Source of the DNA: Ohtaekwangia sp.
GTDB lineage: Bacteria; Bacteroidota; Bacteroidia; Cytophagales; Cyclobacteriaceae
Assembly (NCBI GenBank): GCA_035628875.1
Contig: DASPIZ010000135.1
Coordinates: forward strand, 50,875 to 114,874
Direction: 5' to 3'
DNA length: 64,000 nucleotides
The notes under the pieces: generated by a model
Seen by the model: the letters and a program-made list of their open reading frames with translations, nothing else
Database searches by the model: none
What the model was told of the DNA's origin: nothing
Shown: in pieces, positions 19,706-30,046 of the stretch
Layout: every line of letters begins with the position of its first letter
Numbering within the stretch: position 1 is the first letter of the stretch
Translations under genes and position numbers: made by a program

Positions 19706-20917
19706 CTACATGTTTTTATTCAGGCTGAGTCTCGCTAGGAACGCGCTTAACAACGTGAGTGCAGCTGCAGTAAACATTACTGCACCGGGTAAATAGAAAT
19801 CACTTGTGGGCTCGGCTGTGTAATGAAAAATTCCTGTCATCATTAGCGGACCAACGATTGAAGTTAAGCTCATGAGACTTGTTAATGCACCCTGCAGTTC
19901 GCCTTGTTCATTCAGGGCAACCTGGTTCGACATAATGCCTTGTAATGAAGGACCGGCGATTCCGCCAAGGCAATAGGGTATCAGGTAAACAAACATCATC
20001 CACCCTTCGTCGGCTAATCCGAACAATAAAAACCCAAGTGCATAAAGTGCTAAACCGATATAGATACTTCTTTTCTGACCAAGCTTTGGAATTATAATAC
20101 GAATAAGCCAACCCTGAACAAATGCGACTAACACACCAACAAAAGCAAGGGAATATCCAACTTCATCCGCATCCCAATTAAATCGCTCCATCGTATAGTA
20201 AGACCACGTACTTTGTACGGCATGCCCGGCAACGTAAATGAGAACGATTGATGTGACTAATCCGAGAATAAGTTTATGCTTCAGAAAAAATTTTAATGTA
20301 CCAAGCGGATTCGCTCTTTTCCATTCAAACTTTCTTCGATTTTCCAGAGGAAGCGATTCCGGCAGAATAAAAAATCCATACAACCAGTTTAAAAACGTAA
20401 GTATTGCCGCGGCAGCAAATGGTGCACGTATGCCATATTTTGCCAGCAAACCACCCAACGCGGGCCCGATGATAAAACCGAGTCCGAAGGCGGCTCCGAT
20501 CAATCCGAAGTTCTGTGCTTTTTTATCAGGCTCACTGATGTCGGCAATATAAGCGCCTGCCGTGGTGAAGCTTGCACCCATGATTCCGGCAATCACTCTT
20601 CCGGCAAAAAGCCATTCGATGTTAGGTGCGAAGTAAAGGAGCACATAATCCATTCCGAAGCCAAACAACGAAATCAGGAGTACAGGGCGTCTGCCATATT
20701 GGTCACTGAGATTGCCAAGCACCGGAGAAAACAAAAATTGCATTATAGCGAATGAGGCGATCATCCAACCGCCATAGGCAGAAGCTTCGGGTATGCTAAC
20801 ATGCTCAAGATCACTAATCAATGTTGGTATTACCGGGATAATGATTCCGAATCCAATAACGTCAATAAGTAAAGTAATGAAGATAAAACTGAGCGCGGCC
20901 TTTCGTTGTCGTAACAT
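19706..20917 (-). CDS. TCR/Tet-family MFS transporter
   Basis: [14 protein letters not shown], motif [24 protein letters not shown]. Confidence 0.92.
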   Translation of the reverse strand: MLRQRKAALSFIFITLLIDVIGFGIIIPVIPTLISDLEHVSIPEASAYGGWMIASFAIMQFLFSPVLGNLSDQYGRRPVLLISLFGFGMDYVLLYFAPNIEWLFAGRVIAGIMGASFTTAGAYIADISEPDKKAQNFGLIGAAFGLGFIIGPALGGLLAKYGIRAPFAAAAILTFLNWLYGFFILPESLPLENRRKFEWKRANPLGTLKFFLKHKLILGLVTSIVLIYVAGHAVQSTWSYYTMERFNWDADEVGYSLAFVGVLVAFVQGWLIRIIIPKLGQKRSIYIGLALYALGFLLFGLADEGWMMFVYLIPYCLGGIAGPSLQGIMSNQVALNEQGELQGALTSLMSLTSIVGPLMMTGIFHYTAEPTSDFYLPGAVMFTAAALTLLSAFLARLSLNKNM

Positions 20918-20979
20918 ACTGTCTTATAAAGACTGCAAATAAAATCAATATAATGGAAAAGGGTTTCAGGCAGAACAAC

Positions 20980-21603
20980 TTATTGTTCCTGCCACATCAT
21001 TTTTATGGCGGCACCCAAGGCAATCATTAATTTAAACCGCTCTTCAATCGGGGATCTGTTTTTTAATGAAACAGCCAGTACCATTGTACATGATGAAGTA
21101 AAATCTTGTTCTACGATACGCATGTCGTATTCCTTAATCAACCGCATTACCGCTGGTGTATCGGGATAATCAAACACACAGGTAAAGAACATCTCGACTT
21201 CCTTTTCAATAATAACTGCATGCTGAAGCGCATCGTCTGTTGCATTTTTATAGGCATTAATCAATCCACCCACGCCCAGCTTAGTTCCACCAAAGTACCG
21301 AACCACAACCACCAATACATCGGTAAGATTCCTGGAACGGATTTGTCCGAGAATGGGATCGCCCGCGGAATGATTGGGTTCACCGTCATCAAAGGCACGG
21401 TGATGTTTTTTATCCGGCCCAAGCATCCAGGCATAGCAATGATGTCTGGCATCAAAGTATTGTTTTTTTAATAGAATCAACCGCTTCTTAATCTCGTCCT
21501 CTGTTTCAACAGGATACGCAAAAGCGAGGAATTTGCTTCCTTTATCTTTAAATGAACCTTCGGCAGGACTTTGAATTGTATGGTATGAAAAGGCCGACAT
21601 CAT
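20980..21603 (-). CDS. YigZ/IMPACT family protein
   Basis: KGSKFLA, ARHHCYAW, DDGEPNHSAG, RYFGGTKLGVGGLINAY. Confidence 0.95.
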   Translation of the reverse strand: MMSAFSYHTIQSPAEGSFKDKGSKFLAFAYPVETEDEIKKRLILLKKQYFDARHHCYAWMLGPDKKHHRAFDDGEPNHSAGDPILGQIRSRNLTDVLVVVVRYFGGTKLGVGGLINAYKNATDDALQHAVIIEKEVEMFFTCVFDYPDTPAVMRLIKEYDMRIVEQDFTSSCTMVLAVSLKNRSPIEERFKLMIALGAAIKMMWQEQ

Positions 21604-21620
21604 AAAAATATTTGGCTACA

Positions 21621-21628
21621 CAAAGATA
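21621..21628 (-). promoter_or_regulatory. -7 promoter element TATCTTTG upstream of the YigZ gene
   Basis: Exact TAnnTTTG match 18 bp before the start. Confidence 0.55.
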
Positions 21629-21695
21629 ATTTATCACACCATTATGCAACCTCTTCACGGAAGTGACAGTCTATATCATTAAAATAACATCCGCT

Positions 21696-22511
21696 ATGAA
21701 AAAAAATCTTTCATTGTTCATGGTCATTCTCATGATCAGTGCGTCTGCTTTCGCTCAAAACCGTGAAACACGCAACGTACCCGCTTTTAAAAAGATCGCA
21801 TTTCGTGTCCCTGGAAAATTATACATAAAACAGGGAAACACACAGAAAGTTGAAATCGAAGCCAGTCGCGAGGTGCTAAAAGAAATTGAAACTGAAGTTG
21901 AAGGCAGTCGGTTAAACATTGGTCGGGAAGAAAAATGGGACAACTGGAAGTGGATGAAAGACGAAACAATAACCGTGTATGTCACAGTAACAAATCTTGA
22001 AGGATTAAGCGTGAGCGGATCAGGTGACGCAATTGGTGAAACTCCATTCACAACAGGAGACATTGATTTAAACGTAAGTGGATCAGGTTCACTTAAGATC
22101 GAAGTGCAATCATCGGGTGAGGTTGAAGCCGACGTTTCTGGTTCCGGCGAACTTAATGTGAAAGGAAAAGGCAATGCGTTTGACAGCGATGTAAGCGGAT
22201 CAGGTAGAGTTGTGATGAATATGAACATACGCAATGAGGCTAATTTTCAAATCTCAGGTTCAGGAAAAATTGAGGCCCAGGGAAATGCCGATGTCGTAAA
22301 AACTTCCATCAGCGGATCAGGAAAAGTGTTGGGCGCTGATCTCCAGGTCAATCGTTGTGATGTTCGTATTTCCGGATCAGGGGATGTGGAGATTAGCGTT
22401 AAAGATGAACTTGATGCCAACATTTCCGGAAGTGGAAGTGTGAGCTATCGCGGAAACCCTGGTAAAGTAAACAGTCATTCTTCGGGAAGTGGACGTGTCA
22501 GCAAAATGTAA
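21696..22511 (+). CDS. DUF2807 / head GIN domain beta-helix protein, secreted
   Basis: Signal peptide ending ASAFA-Q; repeated SGSG motifs. ATG 21696 preferred. Confidence 0.9.
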   Translation: MKKNLSLFMVILMISASAFAQNRETRNVPAFKKIAFRVPGKLYIKQGNTQKVEIEASREVLKEIETEVEGSRLNIGREEKWDNWKWMKDETITVYVTVTNLEGLSVSGSGDAIGETPFTTGDIDLNVSGSGSLKIEVQSSGEVEADVSGSGELNVKGKGNAFDSDVSGSGRVVMNMNIRNEANFQISGSGKIEAQGNADVVKTSISGSGKVLGADLQVNRCDVRISGSGDVEISVKDELDANISGSGSVSYRGNPGKVNSHSSGSGRVSKM

Positions 22512-22560
22512 AACGAAGAGTAGACACAGCGTATAAGCTGGCAGCAAAATTTATCGAATT

Positions 22561-22591
22561 AAAAGGGCGAAGATATTTCTTCGCCTTTTTT
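22561..22591 (+). terminator. Intrinsic terminator (possibly bidirectional)
   Basis: aaaagggcgaag-atattt-cttcgccttttt. Confidence 0.8.
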
Positions 22592-22618
22592 CGTTATCGG
22601 AAAATTCAAAATTTAATT

Positions 22619-23263
22619 ATGGAAGCTAATCTACAATTCGACTATGAAGTTGCCATTCGCTTAATGCTCGCCTTTGGGATAGGTACCATGATTGGCCTTG
22701 AAAGAGAATATCATAGCAAGGCAGCCGGTTTAAGGACGATGATTATGATCTGCCTTGGATCTACCATATTCACCTTAATTTCAATTTCAATTGGCGGAGA
22801 CTCTACCGATCGCATCGCATCGAACATCATCACAGGAATTGGATTTCTTGGTGCTGGTGTAATTTTTAAAGATGGTCTTAACATTTCAGGTATTACTACT
22901 GCCACAGCAATCTGGATTTGTGCAGCACTTGGCATGGCTGTAGGCACCGGTCAATATATCCTTGCACTATTAGGTTCAGTCATTGTTCTTATTGTTTTGA
23001 GCGCTTTGCAAAGGGTCACGATGATGGTCGAACATTTTCATCAAGGTCGTAGCTATACGATCTTATATCGGGAATCAATACCATTCCTTTCCGATATGGA
23101 ATCAGAGATGAACCGGTTAAACCTTAAATTCCAAAAACGAAAAGATTTCAAACAGGAGAACGAGTTCGTTGTACTCTATGAAATTTATGGAAAAGAAAAT
23201 GACCTCGAACTATTGAATGTCTATTTGAAGCGGAACGAGTGGGTGAAGAAATACGAATATTGA
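22619..23263 (+). CDS. MgtC/SapB family protein
   Basis: IGLEREYHSKAAGLRT, IITGIGFLGAGVI, GITTATAIW. Confidence 0.93.
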   Translation: MEANLQFDYEVAIRLMLAFGIGTMIGLEREYHSKAAGLRTMIMICLGSTIFTLISISIGGDSTDRIASNIITGIGFLGAGVIFKDGLNISGITTATAIWICAALGMAVGTGQYILALLGSVIVLIVLSALQRVTMMVEHFHQGRSYTILYRESIPFLSDMESEMNRLNLKFQKRKDFKQENEFVVLYEIYGKENDLELLNVYLKRNEWVKKYEY

Positions 23264-23284
23264 CTTGTGTGGAGATTCTTATGT

Positions 23285-23560
23285 GTGTGGCTCTGAGCTG
23301 CAAGCTTTAAGCTTCAAGGATCAAGGGTATTTTCGAATATTTGGAAGTTTGGCGAAAGCTGCGAGCGTTGAGCTACGAGCCGCGAGTTTATTGGCCATAA
23401 CCGATGTGGCTTTCTGTACTAACAAGCATCAGGATGACGATAACGAGAGGGAAACATCATCGTTATCGAAACCAACATCAAACATCAAACATCAAACACT
23501 TTCGCAAAACGTTTTCGTTACCAACTCCAACCTTGAACTTTAAACCTTGAACCTTGAACC
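23285..23560 (-). repeat. Composite heptamer cassette, copy D (internal 81-bp deletion)
   Basis: The reverse complement has all modules in order, but gtcatcctgatg is joined directly to cttgttagta. Confidence 0.9.
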
Positions 23561-23564
23561 AGTC

Positions 23565-24648
23565 TCACCCCTGTGCTCCCAGTAAAAACGCTTTGATAAA
23601 ATCATCGAGTTCACCATCCAATACGTTTTGCGCGTCGTGGCGTTCTACCCCGGTTCGCGCATCTTTCACAAGTTTGTAAGGATGCAAGACATAGTTGCGT
23701 ATCTGCGAACCAAAATCTATTTTCATTTTACCGGCTTCAATTTTATCGCGCGCAGCGTTTCGTTTTTGTATCTCCAGTTGATATAGCTTCGATTTCAACA
23801 TCTGCATGGCGCGTTCTCGGTTCGCATGTTGCGAGCGCTCTACCTGGCAGACAATAACGATCCCGGTTGGCTTATGCGTAAGCTGTACTTTGGTTTCAAC
23901 CTTGTTTACATTCTGACCTCCTGCCCCACCGGATCGGGATGTTTGGATTTCGACATCCGCTGGATTTACCTCAATCTCGATTGAATCATCGACTTTGGGA
24001 TAAACAAAAATCGAAGCAAACGATGTGTGTCTGCGGTCATTGGAATCGAAAGGTGAAATGCGAACCAACCGATGAACACCAATCTCACTTTTTAGTTTAC
24101 CATAGGCAAATGGACCTTCGATTTCAAGCGTTGCGCTTTTAATACCCGCCACCTCGCCTGCCTGATAATCAACCTGCGATACCTTGTAACCATTTTTTTC
24201 ACCCCACATGATGTACATGCGATTGAGCATGTCGGCCCAGTCCTGGCTTTCAGTTCCCCCGGCGCCAGGGTTAATCTCTACAACGGCACTAAGCTGATCC
24301 TCTTCTTTGCTCAACATTTTTTTGAATTCAAGCTCTTCAACCGAATGGTTTACGCGCTTGTATTCACGTTCCAACTCCTCCTCCCCTACATCACCGACTT
24401 CATGAAACTCATTGAGTACCTCCAGGTCATCAACCCGCTTTCGGACTTCATCGAAAGCATCGGTCCATATTTTTTTCAGACGAATACTTTTGAGCATGAC
24501 TTCTGCGTGTTTAGGGTTATTCCAGAAATCTGCTTGTTGTGTAATAAGTTCTTCGTCGTTTATTTCAAGGCACTTACGATCGTAGTCAAAGATACCCCCT
24601 CAAGGCACTAACGCGAGCCTTCAAATCTTTCAATTGATCTGTTGTCAT
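23565..24648 (-). CDS. prfB: Peptide chain release factor 2 with programmed +1 frameshift
   Basis: ATG at 24648 gives 20 codons [20 protein letters not shown], then CTT-TGA-C (24591-24585) with the internal SD AGGGGG 3 nt upstream; the +1 frame continues DYDRKC... and contains SPF and GGQ motifs. Confidence 0.97.
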
Positions 24649-24667
24649 GGTTAAAAATAATTTGCGA

Positions 24668-24675
24668 CAAAGGTA
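24668..24675 (-). promoter_or_regulatory. -7 promoter element TACCTTTG for prfB
   Basis: Exact TAnnTTTG match 20 bp upstream of the ATG. Confidence 0.6.
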
Positions 24676-24718
24676 ACAAAACCAAACAAATGCCCCTTAT
24701 CTGTAAGGGTACAAGCCA

Positions 24719-25273
24719 TTAATTTTGTTTAAAGAATGGTAAATTTAAAGCTTTTCGTTCGGGAAGATAAAACGGAGAACCCTTTTCCACGACTAAGAGC
24801 CGGTAACGTCCACCGACTTTTTGTGATTTCTTTTTAATGAGCATCATCGGCAATCCTGCACCAATCATAATGGCTGATGGGAGAAGTACCGATTTTTCCA
24901 ACGCCGGTTCTTGTTTGTTGACGATCACAAGATTCACCTGGTCAATAAGGAAATAGCCAACTCCGCCAGCCACGAGTAAGCCACCTACAACGTTGGCAAA
25001 ATTGCCCTGATCAAAGTACACCCGGTCTATCTGATGAAATGGAATTACATCGCGATGTGCAACCACAGCGGTATCGTATAAATTGTTGATGTAACTTCTG
25101 CGGATGGTCTTGCTTCCTTTCAGCCGGAAATTAAAGTCATCGCCACCGTAGAGCCGAAGCTTTACATTTTGCCCTTTTAGTAAGACAAGCTGCTTTTGCG
25201 CTGGCGCACACCATGCAATCGAAACAAAAAAAAGTATACAGCTCAATTTGCAAATGAAAAACATATCATTCAT
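24719..25273 (-). CDS. Hypothetical exported/membrane protein
   Basis: Signal-like N-terminus, beta-rich domain, two C-terminal hydrophobic segments; start uncertain (25264-25318). Confidence 0.7.
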   Translation of the reverse strand: MNDMFFICKLSCILFFVSIAWCAPAQKQLVLLKGQNVKLRLYGGDDFNFRLKGSKTIRRSYINNLYDTAVVAHRDVIPFHQIDRVYFDQGNFANVVGGLLVAGGVGYFLIDQVNLVIVNKQEPALEKSVLLPSAIMIGAGLPMMLIKKKSQKVGGRYRLLVVEKGSPFYLPERKALNLPFFKQN

Positions 25274-25326
25274 TGTTTCCTTGACGATAGAACCGATGAT
25301 TAAATATAAGGCATACACGTTGTTCT

Positions 25327-25854
25327 TTACTTTGATTCATAAAATAATGGTGCTCCATCCTTTACGATGAGTATTCGGTTGTTCCTATTCAGTTTTGTTG
25401 ATCGTTGCATAAGTAGAATTGCCGAGCCGGTGCATATCAATGCGGCTGAAACAAAGGCAACCGTCCGATTTATTTCGTAAGGATTATTCTGAACGAGTGT
25501 TACATTAGCAATATCACCTACCTGAAGTAAGATGCCTGCAGCTATTAGTTTTGGTCCTGCGGAACGAAAATTTAATCCGTTGGTTGTTCTCGAACGAGTT
25601 TCCACATCGTCCGTATTTACTCTTGTTACTTCACGAATAAGAATCGTATCAGCGGTGGTAATAAACGATGTATCTGTCATGCTTATGATCCTATCACGCC
25701 TGAGAACGGGATCATTTACACTGGCATAATGAATATTTTGTCCAACGTTGAACCTGGTTTTCACATTATTCTTACGCATGACGATAAGCTGATGCTGCGA
25801 CGAAGCACAAAGTGCTTTACACAGCAAGAGTACCAGGATAAATAAAATTGGCAT
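25327..25854 (-). CDS. Hypothetical exported/membrane protein, probable paralogue of its neighbour
   Basis: Same layout as 24719-25273: Q-x-QL(V/I)..., two TM segments, then R(I/L)L(I/V)V(K/E)xG(A/S)P(L/F). Confidence 0.7.
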   Translation of the reverse strand: MPILFILVLLLCKALCASSQHQLIVMRKNNVKTRFNVGQNIHYASVNDPVLRRDRIISMTDTSFITTADTILIREVTRVNTDDVETRSRTTNGLNFRSAGPKLIAAGILLQVGDIANVTLVQNNPYEINRTVAFVSAALICTGSAILLMQRSTKLNRNNRILIVKDGAPLFYESK

Positions 25855-25993
25855 CCCTTATAATTGCTAAACTAAACGTAGGATGTTTTTGTGAAGCAAA
25901 AAGTTTCCAACAACAAGAGGAATCTCGCAGAATAAAAAAACGATTACTTCAATTTTATAACTTCCTGACGGGAGCGTGAATTAACAAAAACTG

Positions 25994-26545
25994 TTAATCA
26001 CTTTGAGGCAACCATGGTGTTTCCGTGATCCGTGATTCGTGTGCCATCATACGACAAAGCACAAAGAGATAATCAGAAAGCCGGTTAAGATATTTTATCA
26101 CATAAGGATTGACCGCTTCTGTATGGTGCAGTTCGATAACCATGCGCTCGGCTCTTCTGCACACCGTTCGGGCCACGTGACCAAAAGAAACAGCCGGATG
26201 ACCTCCCGGTAAAACAAAATGACGCATCGGTGGAAGCGTTTGGTCCATTACATCAATTCCATTTTCAAGCTGCAGAATGTCAGCTTCTTTCATCGCTGGA
26301 ATTTTTACTTTAGTATTCCCGGGCTCAGTCGCTAAGATGGATCCGATCGTAAAGAGTCGATCCTGAATCTGAATGAGAAAATCAATGCGATTTGCATTTG
26401 CGCCCTGATCACGCAACACACCTATCCAGGCGTTCAATTCGTCTATTGTTCCATAGGTATTAATTCGCAGGTCGGATTTTGAAACACGCTTACCTCCAAA
26501 TAGCGAAGTGCTCCCTTCGTCACCGGTGCGGGTATATATTTTCAT
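25994..26545 (-). CDS. Cob(I)alamin adenosyltransferase, PduO type
   Basis: KIYTRTGDEG, YGTIDELN, RTVCRRAER, YLNRLSDYLF. Confidence 0.95.
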   Translation of the reverse strand: MKIYTRTGDEGSTSLFGGKRVSKSDLRINTYGTIDELNAWIGVLRDQGANANRIDFLIQIQDRLFTIGSILATEPGNTKVKIPAMKEADILQLENGIDVMDQTLPPMRHFVLPGGHPAVSFGHVARTVCRRAERMVIELHHTEAVNPYVIKYLNRLSDYLFVLCRMMAHESRITETPWLPQSD

Positions 26546-26597
26546 CGCAAGTAAAATTTTGATAAACCGTTAAACCGGCTTGAATATACGTGTAGTT

Positions 26598-27320
26598 CTA
26601 ATGCGACTGAACTGTAACAGGCTGGCCGCGGTTAATACTTTCATTTTTCACGTCGCGTTCGATTAACCCATCACGCAATCGTATAATTCGGTGAGCGTAA
26701 TGTGCGATGTCATCTTCGTGGGTTACCATGATAATGGTATTGCCTTTATCATGTAGCTCCTGAAAAAGATTCATGATATCGTAAGATGTTTTTGTATCCA
26801 GGTTTCCGGTAGGTTCATCGGCCAGAATGATAGAAGGGTCGTTAACCAGGGCTCGTGCTATCGCCACGCGCTGGCGTTGCCCGCCAGATAACTCATTGGG
26901 TTTATGATGATGTCTTTCTTCCAAACTCACGCTCCGTAATGCTTCCATGGCCAACTCTTCACGATCAGCTTTATTATATCCGGCATAGATCAGCGGAAGC
27001 GCAACATTCTCTAACGCAGAAGCACGAGGCAACAGGTTAAAGGTCTGAAACACAAAGCCGATTTCCTTGTTTCTAATTTCAGCCAGTTCATTTTCTGTCA
27101 TATCACTTACGTTGTGATTGTTCAGCATGTACGTGCCTTCAGTAGGGGTATCCAAACAACCCACGATATTCATTAATGTCGATTTTCCGGAACCGGAAGG
27201 CCCCATAAAAGCAACATATTCACCTTTGTCAATTGAAATGGTCACATCCTGGAGGGCGTTAACGATGTTATTACCCATTTTATAAATCTTTGCGATGTGC
27301 GTTGTTTCTATGATCTTCAT
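26598..27320 (-). CDS. ABC transporter ATP-binding protein (MacB/LolD type)
   Basis: [35 protein letters not shown]. Confidence 0.96.
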   Translation of the reverse strand: MKIIETTHIAKIYKMGNNIVNALQDVTISIDKGEYVAFMGPSGSGKSTLMNIVGCLDTPTEGTYMLNNHNVSDMTENELAEIRNKEIGFVFQTFNLLPRASALENVALPLIYAGYNKADREELAMEALRSVSLEERHHHKPNELSGGQRQRVAIARALVNDPSIILADEPTGNLDTKTSYDIMNLFQELHDKGNTIIMVTHEDDIAHYAHRIIRLRDGLIERDVKNESINRGQPVTVQSH

Positions 27321-27468
27321 GCATCAATTAGTTAGAAAGAGAACCGGTTAATTACAACGAAAGAGGACTTTTTATGTTTTTGCAAGATAAAGATGCGCAT
27401 TTTCAAATTAAAGTTGAATCCGATCCGTTTTAAAGAATTTCAAGATTGTGCCATTTCCACATCGAATT

Positions 27469-27503
27469 TCCCAATCCCTGATGCCCAATGCCTAATTCCC
27501 AAT
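27469..27503 (-). repeat. Heptamer array (5 units, attggga/attaggc family)
   Basis: + strand tcccaat ccctgat gcccaat gcctaat tcccaat, 2 bp from the stop at 27506. Confidence 0.8.
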
Positions 27504-27505
27504 CG

Positions 27506-28369
27506 TTATAAAGACGAAGAGTCACCGATAAAAGTTACACATCGGCGGATCACGGCATCATCCCTTAATATGCGGGTGTGACCGAGTTTTGTGGTTCGGA
27601 TCAGGTTGGCGTTTGGATAAACAGCCAGCAGCGCTTCGGCATTTTTGATATCAACTTCTTTATCGTTCTCATCGTGAACCAATAAAAGATCGATTGGTGC
27701 GGGTAAGTGTTTTACAAAATAGAGCGATGAATATTCTTCGAAAGGTTTACCTTCCGTTTTCAACACATAGGATTTAAAAAATTCACCCGTTTTATACGAT
27801 CCCTGAACAGCACTCAAATAGGTACGAATCACTTCGTCGGCTATTGTCGGAGAAGCAATGTTGACAAGCTTCTTTATAGGTAATCCTTGCATGACCGAAA
27901 AAAGTGCCGCTACGCCACCAAAAGAATGTGCTATAACTGCATGAGGGTGCCCCTGGATGCTGAAAATTTTTTCAAGTGCTTCTTCGAATTCCACAATCGA
28001 TGTTTTCCTTCCTTCTGAATTCCCGTGTGCGGGGCCGTCAAATCCTACTACACGAAACCCGGCTGCCATAAGGGGTTTAATGAATCTCCTGAACTGTGTA
28101 GTGCGTCCAGCCCAACCGTGGATAAACAAAACATAAGGTCCTGTTTCACCCCATGCGTAACACTGTACATTCTTTCCGGCGGTAATAATGTTAAATTTCT
28201 TAGCGAAGGTCTCCGCTTTTCTTTCTTTTTCAGGTGTCGGATAACGAAGCGGCGTGTTAAATATCTTTATAAAATAACGATGTGCCAGAAAAGGGGCGAT
28301 TCGCTCAAGTACCGGAAAAACGGAACGAACTACTTTCAGCATGAAGGGTGTTTTGTCTTTTTGCCCCAT
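27506..28369 (-). CDS. Alpha/beta hydrolase
   Basis: HGWAG, FDGPAHG, AHSFGG, HDENDKEV, LGHTRIL. Confidence 0.92.
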   Translation of the reverse strand: MGQKDKTPFMLKVVRSVFPVLERIAPFLAHRYFIKIFNTPLRYPTPEKERKAETFAKKFNIITAGKNVQCYAWGETGPYVLFIHGWAGRTTQFRRFIKPLMAAGFRVVGFDGPAHGNSEGRKTSIVEFEEALEKIFSIQGHPHAVIAHSFGGVAALFSVMQGLPIKKLVNIASPTIADEVIRTYLSAVQGSYKTGEFFKSYVLKTEGKPFEEYSSLYFVKHLPAPIDLLLVHDENDKEVDIKNAEALLAVYPNANLIRTTKLGHTRILRDDAVIRRCVTFIGDSSSL

Positions 28370-28413
28370 TTTGTTAGTTACACCATTTTTGAGGGAAATT
28401 CAAGACCGACCAT

Positions 28414-29181
28414 TTATTTTTGAATCGGAAACTCGTACGACCGCGTGGTATATTGAAATGACTTGAGATCATACGTGCGCTCGGCAAAGAAAACACGATT
28501 ATGGTTATCAATCATTACAAGTGTTGAACAACGTGAACCGTAATTCGGTGTTTTTATAAACATGGATGAAAGTGCACGTTCCCTGTCAACCGGCAAACCG
28601 GTTTGAGGCAACAACGCATCTTCTGCAATTTCATCATTATATAATACGGAGAAAATTTTTTCAGTATCGATCTTTGGCGCATAGACCAGGGGTTTGATCC
28701 TCAGTTTACCGTTCACCACCTTTGGCCATGGTGTATCGAGAAGGTGATTACTCAAACCGTAAAATCCACGATCGAGTTTCTTTACATCAGCTCCATAGTT
28801 GGAATAGTAATACATTTCATCTGGTGTCCCCGCCAATAGATTGAACCCATTGTAAGTATTTCCTTGCCCTGCAATGGCGTTTAAATACTCCGGCGCGGAT
28901 ACCGGTTCAATCAGATAATCAATCACCAGCTTTCCGCGTGAAGGAGCCTGCGGATTAATATTCGAAGGATCGCGGTAATTGGTCAGCATACTGATCCTTC
29001 CGGTCTTCGTTATGCCAAGCCATGTACCTCCCGCTTCCATATCCCGCCCTGCCAGAACATCGGGATGGTCTCGCCAGAATTGTGCCGGTGCAGTAGCCCT
29101 ATTGTAAAATTCATCCCGGTTAGCAGCGATAATCAGCTTATAATCCGGATGCTCATTTAGTGAAAAGAAGATAAGGCACAT
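28414..29181 (-). CDS. NRDE/TANGO2 family protein
   Basis: MCLIF, NRDEFY, GGTWLG, LTNYR, YGSRCST. Confidence 0.95.
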   Translation of the reverse strand: MCLIFFSLNEHPDYKLIIAANRDEFYNRATAPAQFWRDHPDVLAGRDMEAGGTWLGITKTGRISMLTNYRDPSNINPQAPSRGKLVIDYLIEPVSAPEYLNAIAGQGNTYNGFNLLAGTPDEMYYYSNYGADVKKLDRGFYGLSNHLLDTPWPKVVNGKLRIKPLVYAPKIDTEKIFSVLYNDEIAEDALLPQTGLPVDRERALSSMFIKTPNYGSRCSTLVMIDNHNRVFFAERTYDLKSFQYTTRSYEFPIQK

Positions 29182-29182
29182 G

Positions 29183-29273
29183 ATTAGGCATTAGGCATTA
29201 GGTATTAGGTATTAGGTATTGGGTATTGGGTATTGGGTATTGGGTATTGGGTATTGGGTATTGGGTATTGGGG
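29183..29273. repeat. Heptamer VNTR, 13 units
   Basis: attaggc x2, attaggt x3, attgggt x7, attgggg x1, in phase. Confidence 0.97.
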
Positions 29274-29279
29274 TGTAGA

Positions 29280-29903
29280 TTAACAGGCTTCGAGTTCGAC
29301 AGGGGTTTTGAAGAGGTCGAGTTGTGCCGGGAGCAGTTGGAAACTTTTTCTGTGATAAGGTGTAATGCCTAACCTGCGAATACCATCACGATGCGCATCA
29401 GTGGGGTATCCCATGTTTGTTTCCCATCCGTATCCGGGAAATTTATGCGACAACCTACGCATTAGTTCGTCACGATACGTTTTGGCCAGAATCGAAGCCG
29501 CAGCAATTGAAAGGTATTTGCCATCACCTTTTATGATGCACTCATGTTTTATGCCATCATATGGACTGAAACGGTTACCGTCGATCAGAAGCAATGAAGG
29601 CTTCTTTTTCAATTGATCGATCGCAGCGTGCATCGCCTTGAAGGATGCGTTGAGAATATTGATGTTATCGATCTCAATGTTACTGATTTCAGCCACGGCG
29701 TAGGCTACTGCATCACGCTCAATATCAACGCGTAAGAGTTCTCGCTCTGCCCGTGTTAACTGCTTTGAATCGTTTAACAATTCGTGGCAATAATTTTTAG
29801 GTAACACCACGGCTGCTGCCACCACAGGACCGGCTAAACACCCTCTTCCGGCCTCATCACAACCGGCCTCCACATGATTATTAGAAAAACACGACAACAG
29901 CAT
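29280..29903 (-). CDS. rnhB: Ribonuclease HII
   Basis: GCDEAGRGCLAGPV, DSKQL, DGNRF, IAAASILAKTYRD, HRKSF. ATG 29903 preferred. Confidence 0.96.
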   Translation of the reverse strand: MLLSCFSNNHVEAGCDEAGRGCLAGPVVAAAVVLPKNYCHELLNDSKQLTRAERELLRVDIERDAVAYAVAEISNIEIDNINILNASFKAMHAAIDQLKKKPSLLLIDGNRFSPYDGIKHECIIKGDGKYLSIAAASILAKTYRDELMRRLSHKFPGYGWETNMGYPTDAHRDGIRRLGITPYHRKSFQLLPAQLDLFKTPVELEAC

Positions 29904-30046
29904 ACACAAACTTAACCTACCCACAGCTTATAGCCAATCAGATTCGGGATGAAATTTTTCACCAATGAAAAAACCGGTCTTATAAACCAAAAAGAATGAA
30001 TAGTTTTGAAAAACTGAACTGACGTAATTCTAATACACAGCATATT

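Noticed and set aside
19706-20917. Acquired tetracycline resistance gene
   Set aside because: Only TCR/Tet-family motifs are visible; there is no tetR or mobile context, and the substrate cannot be inferred.
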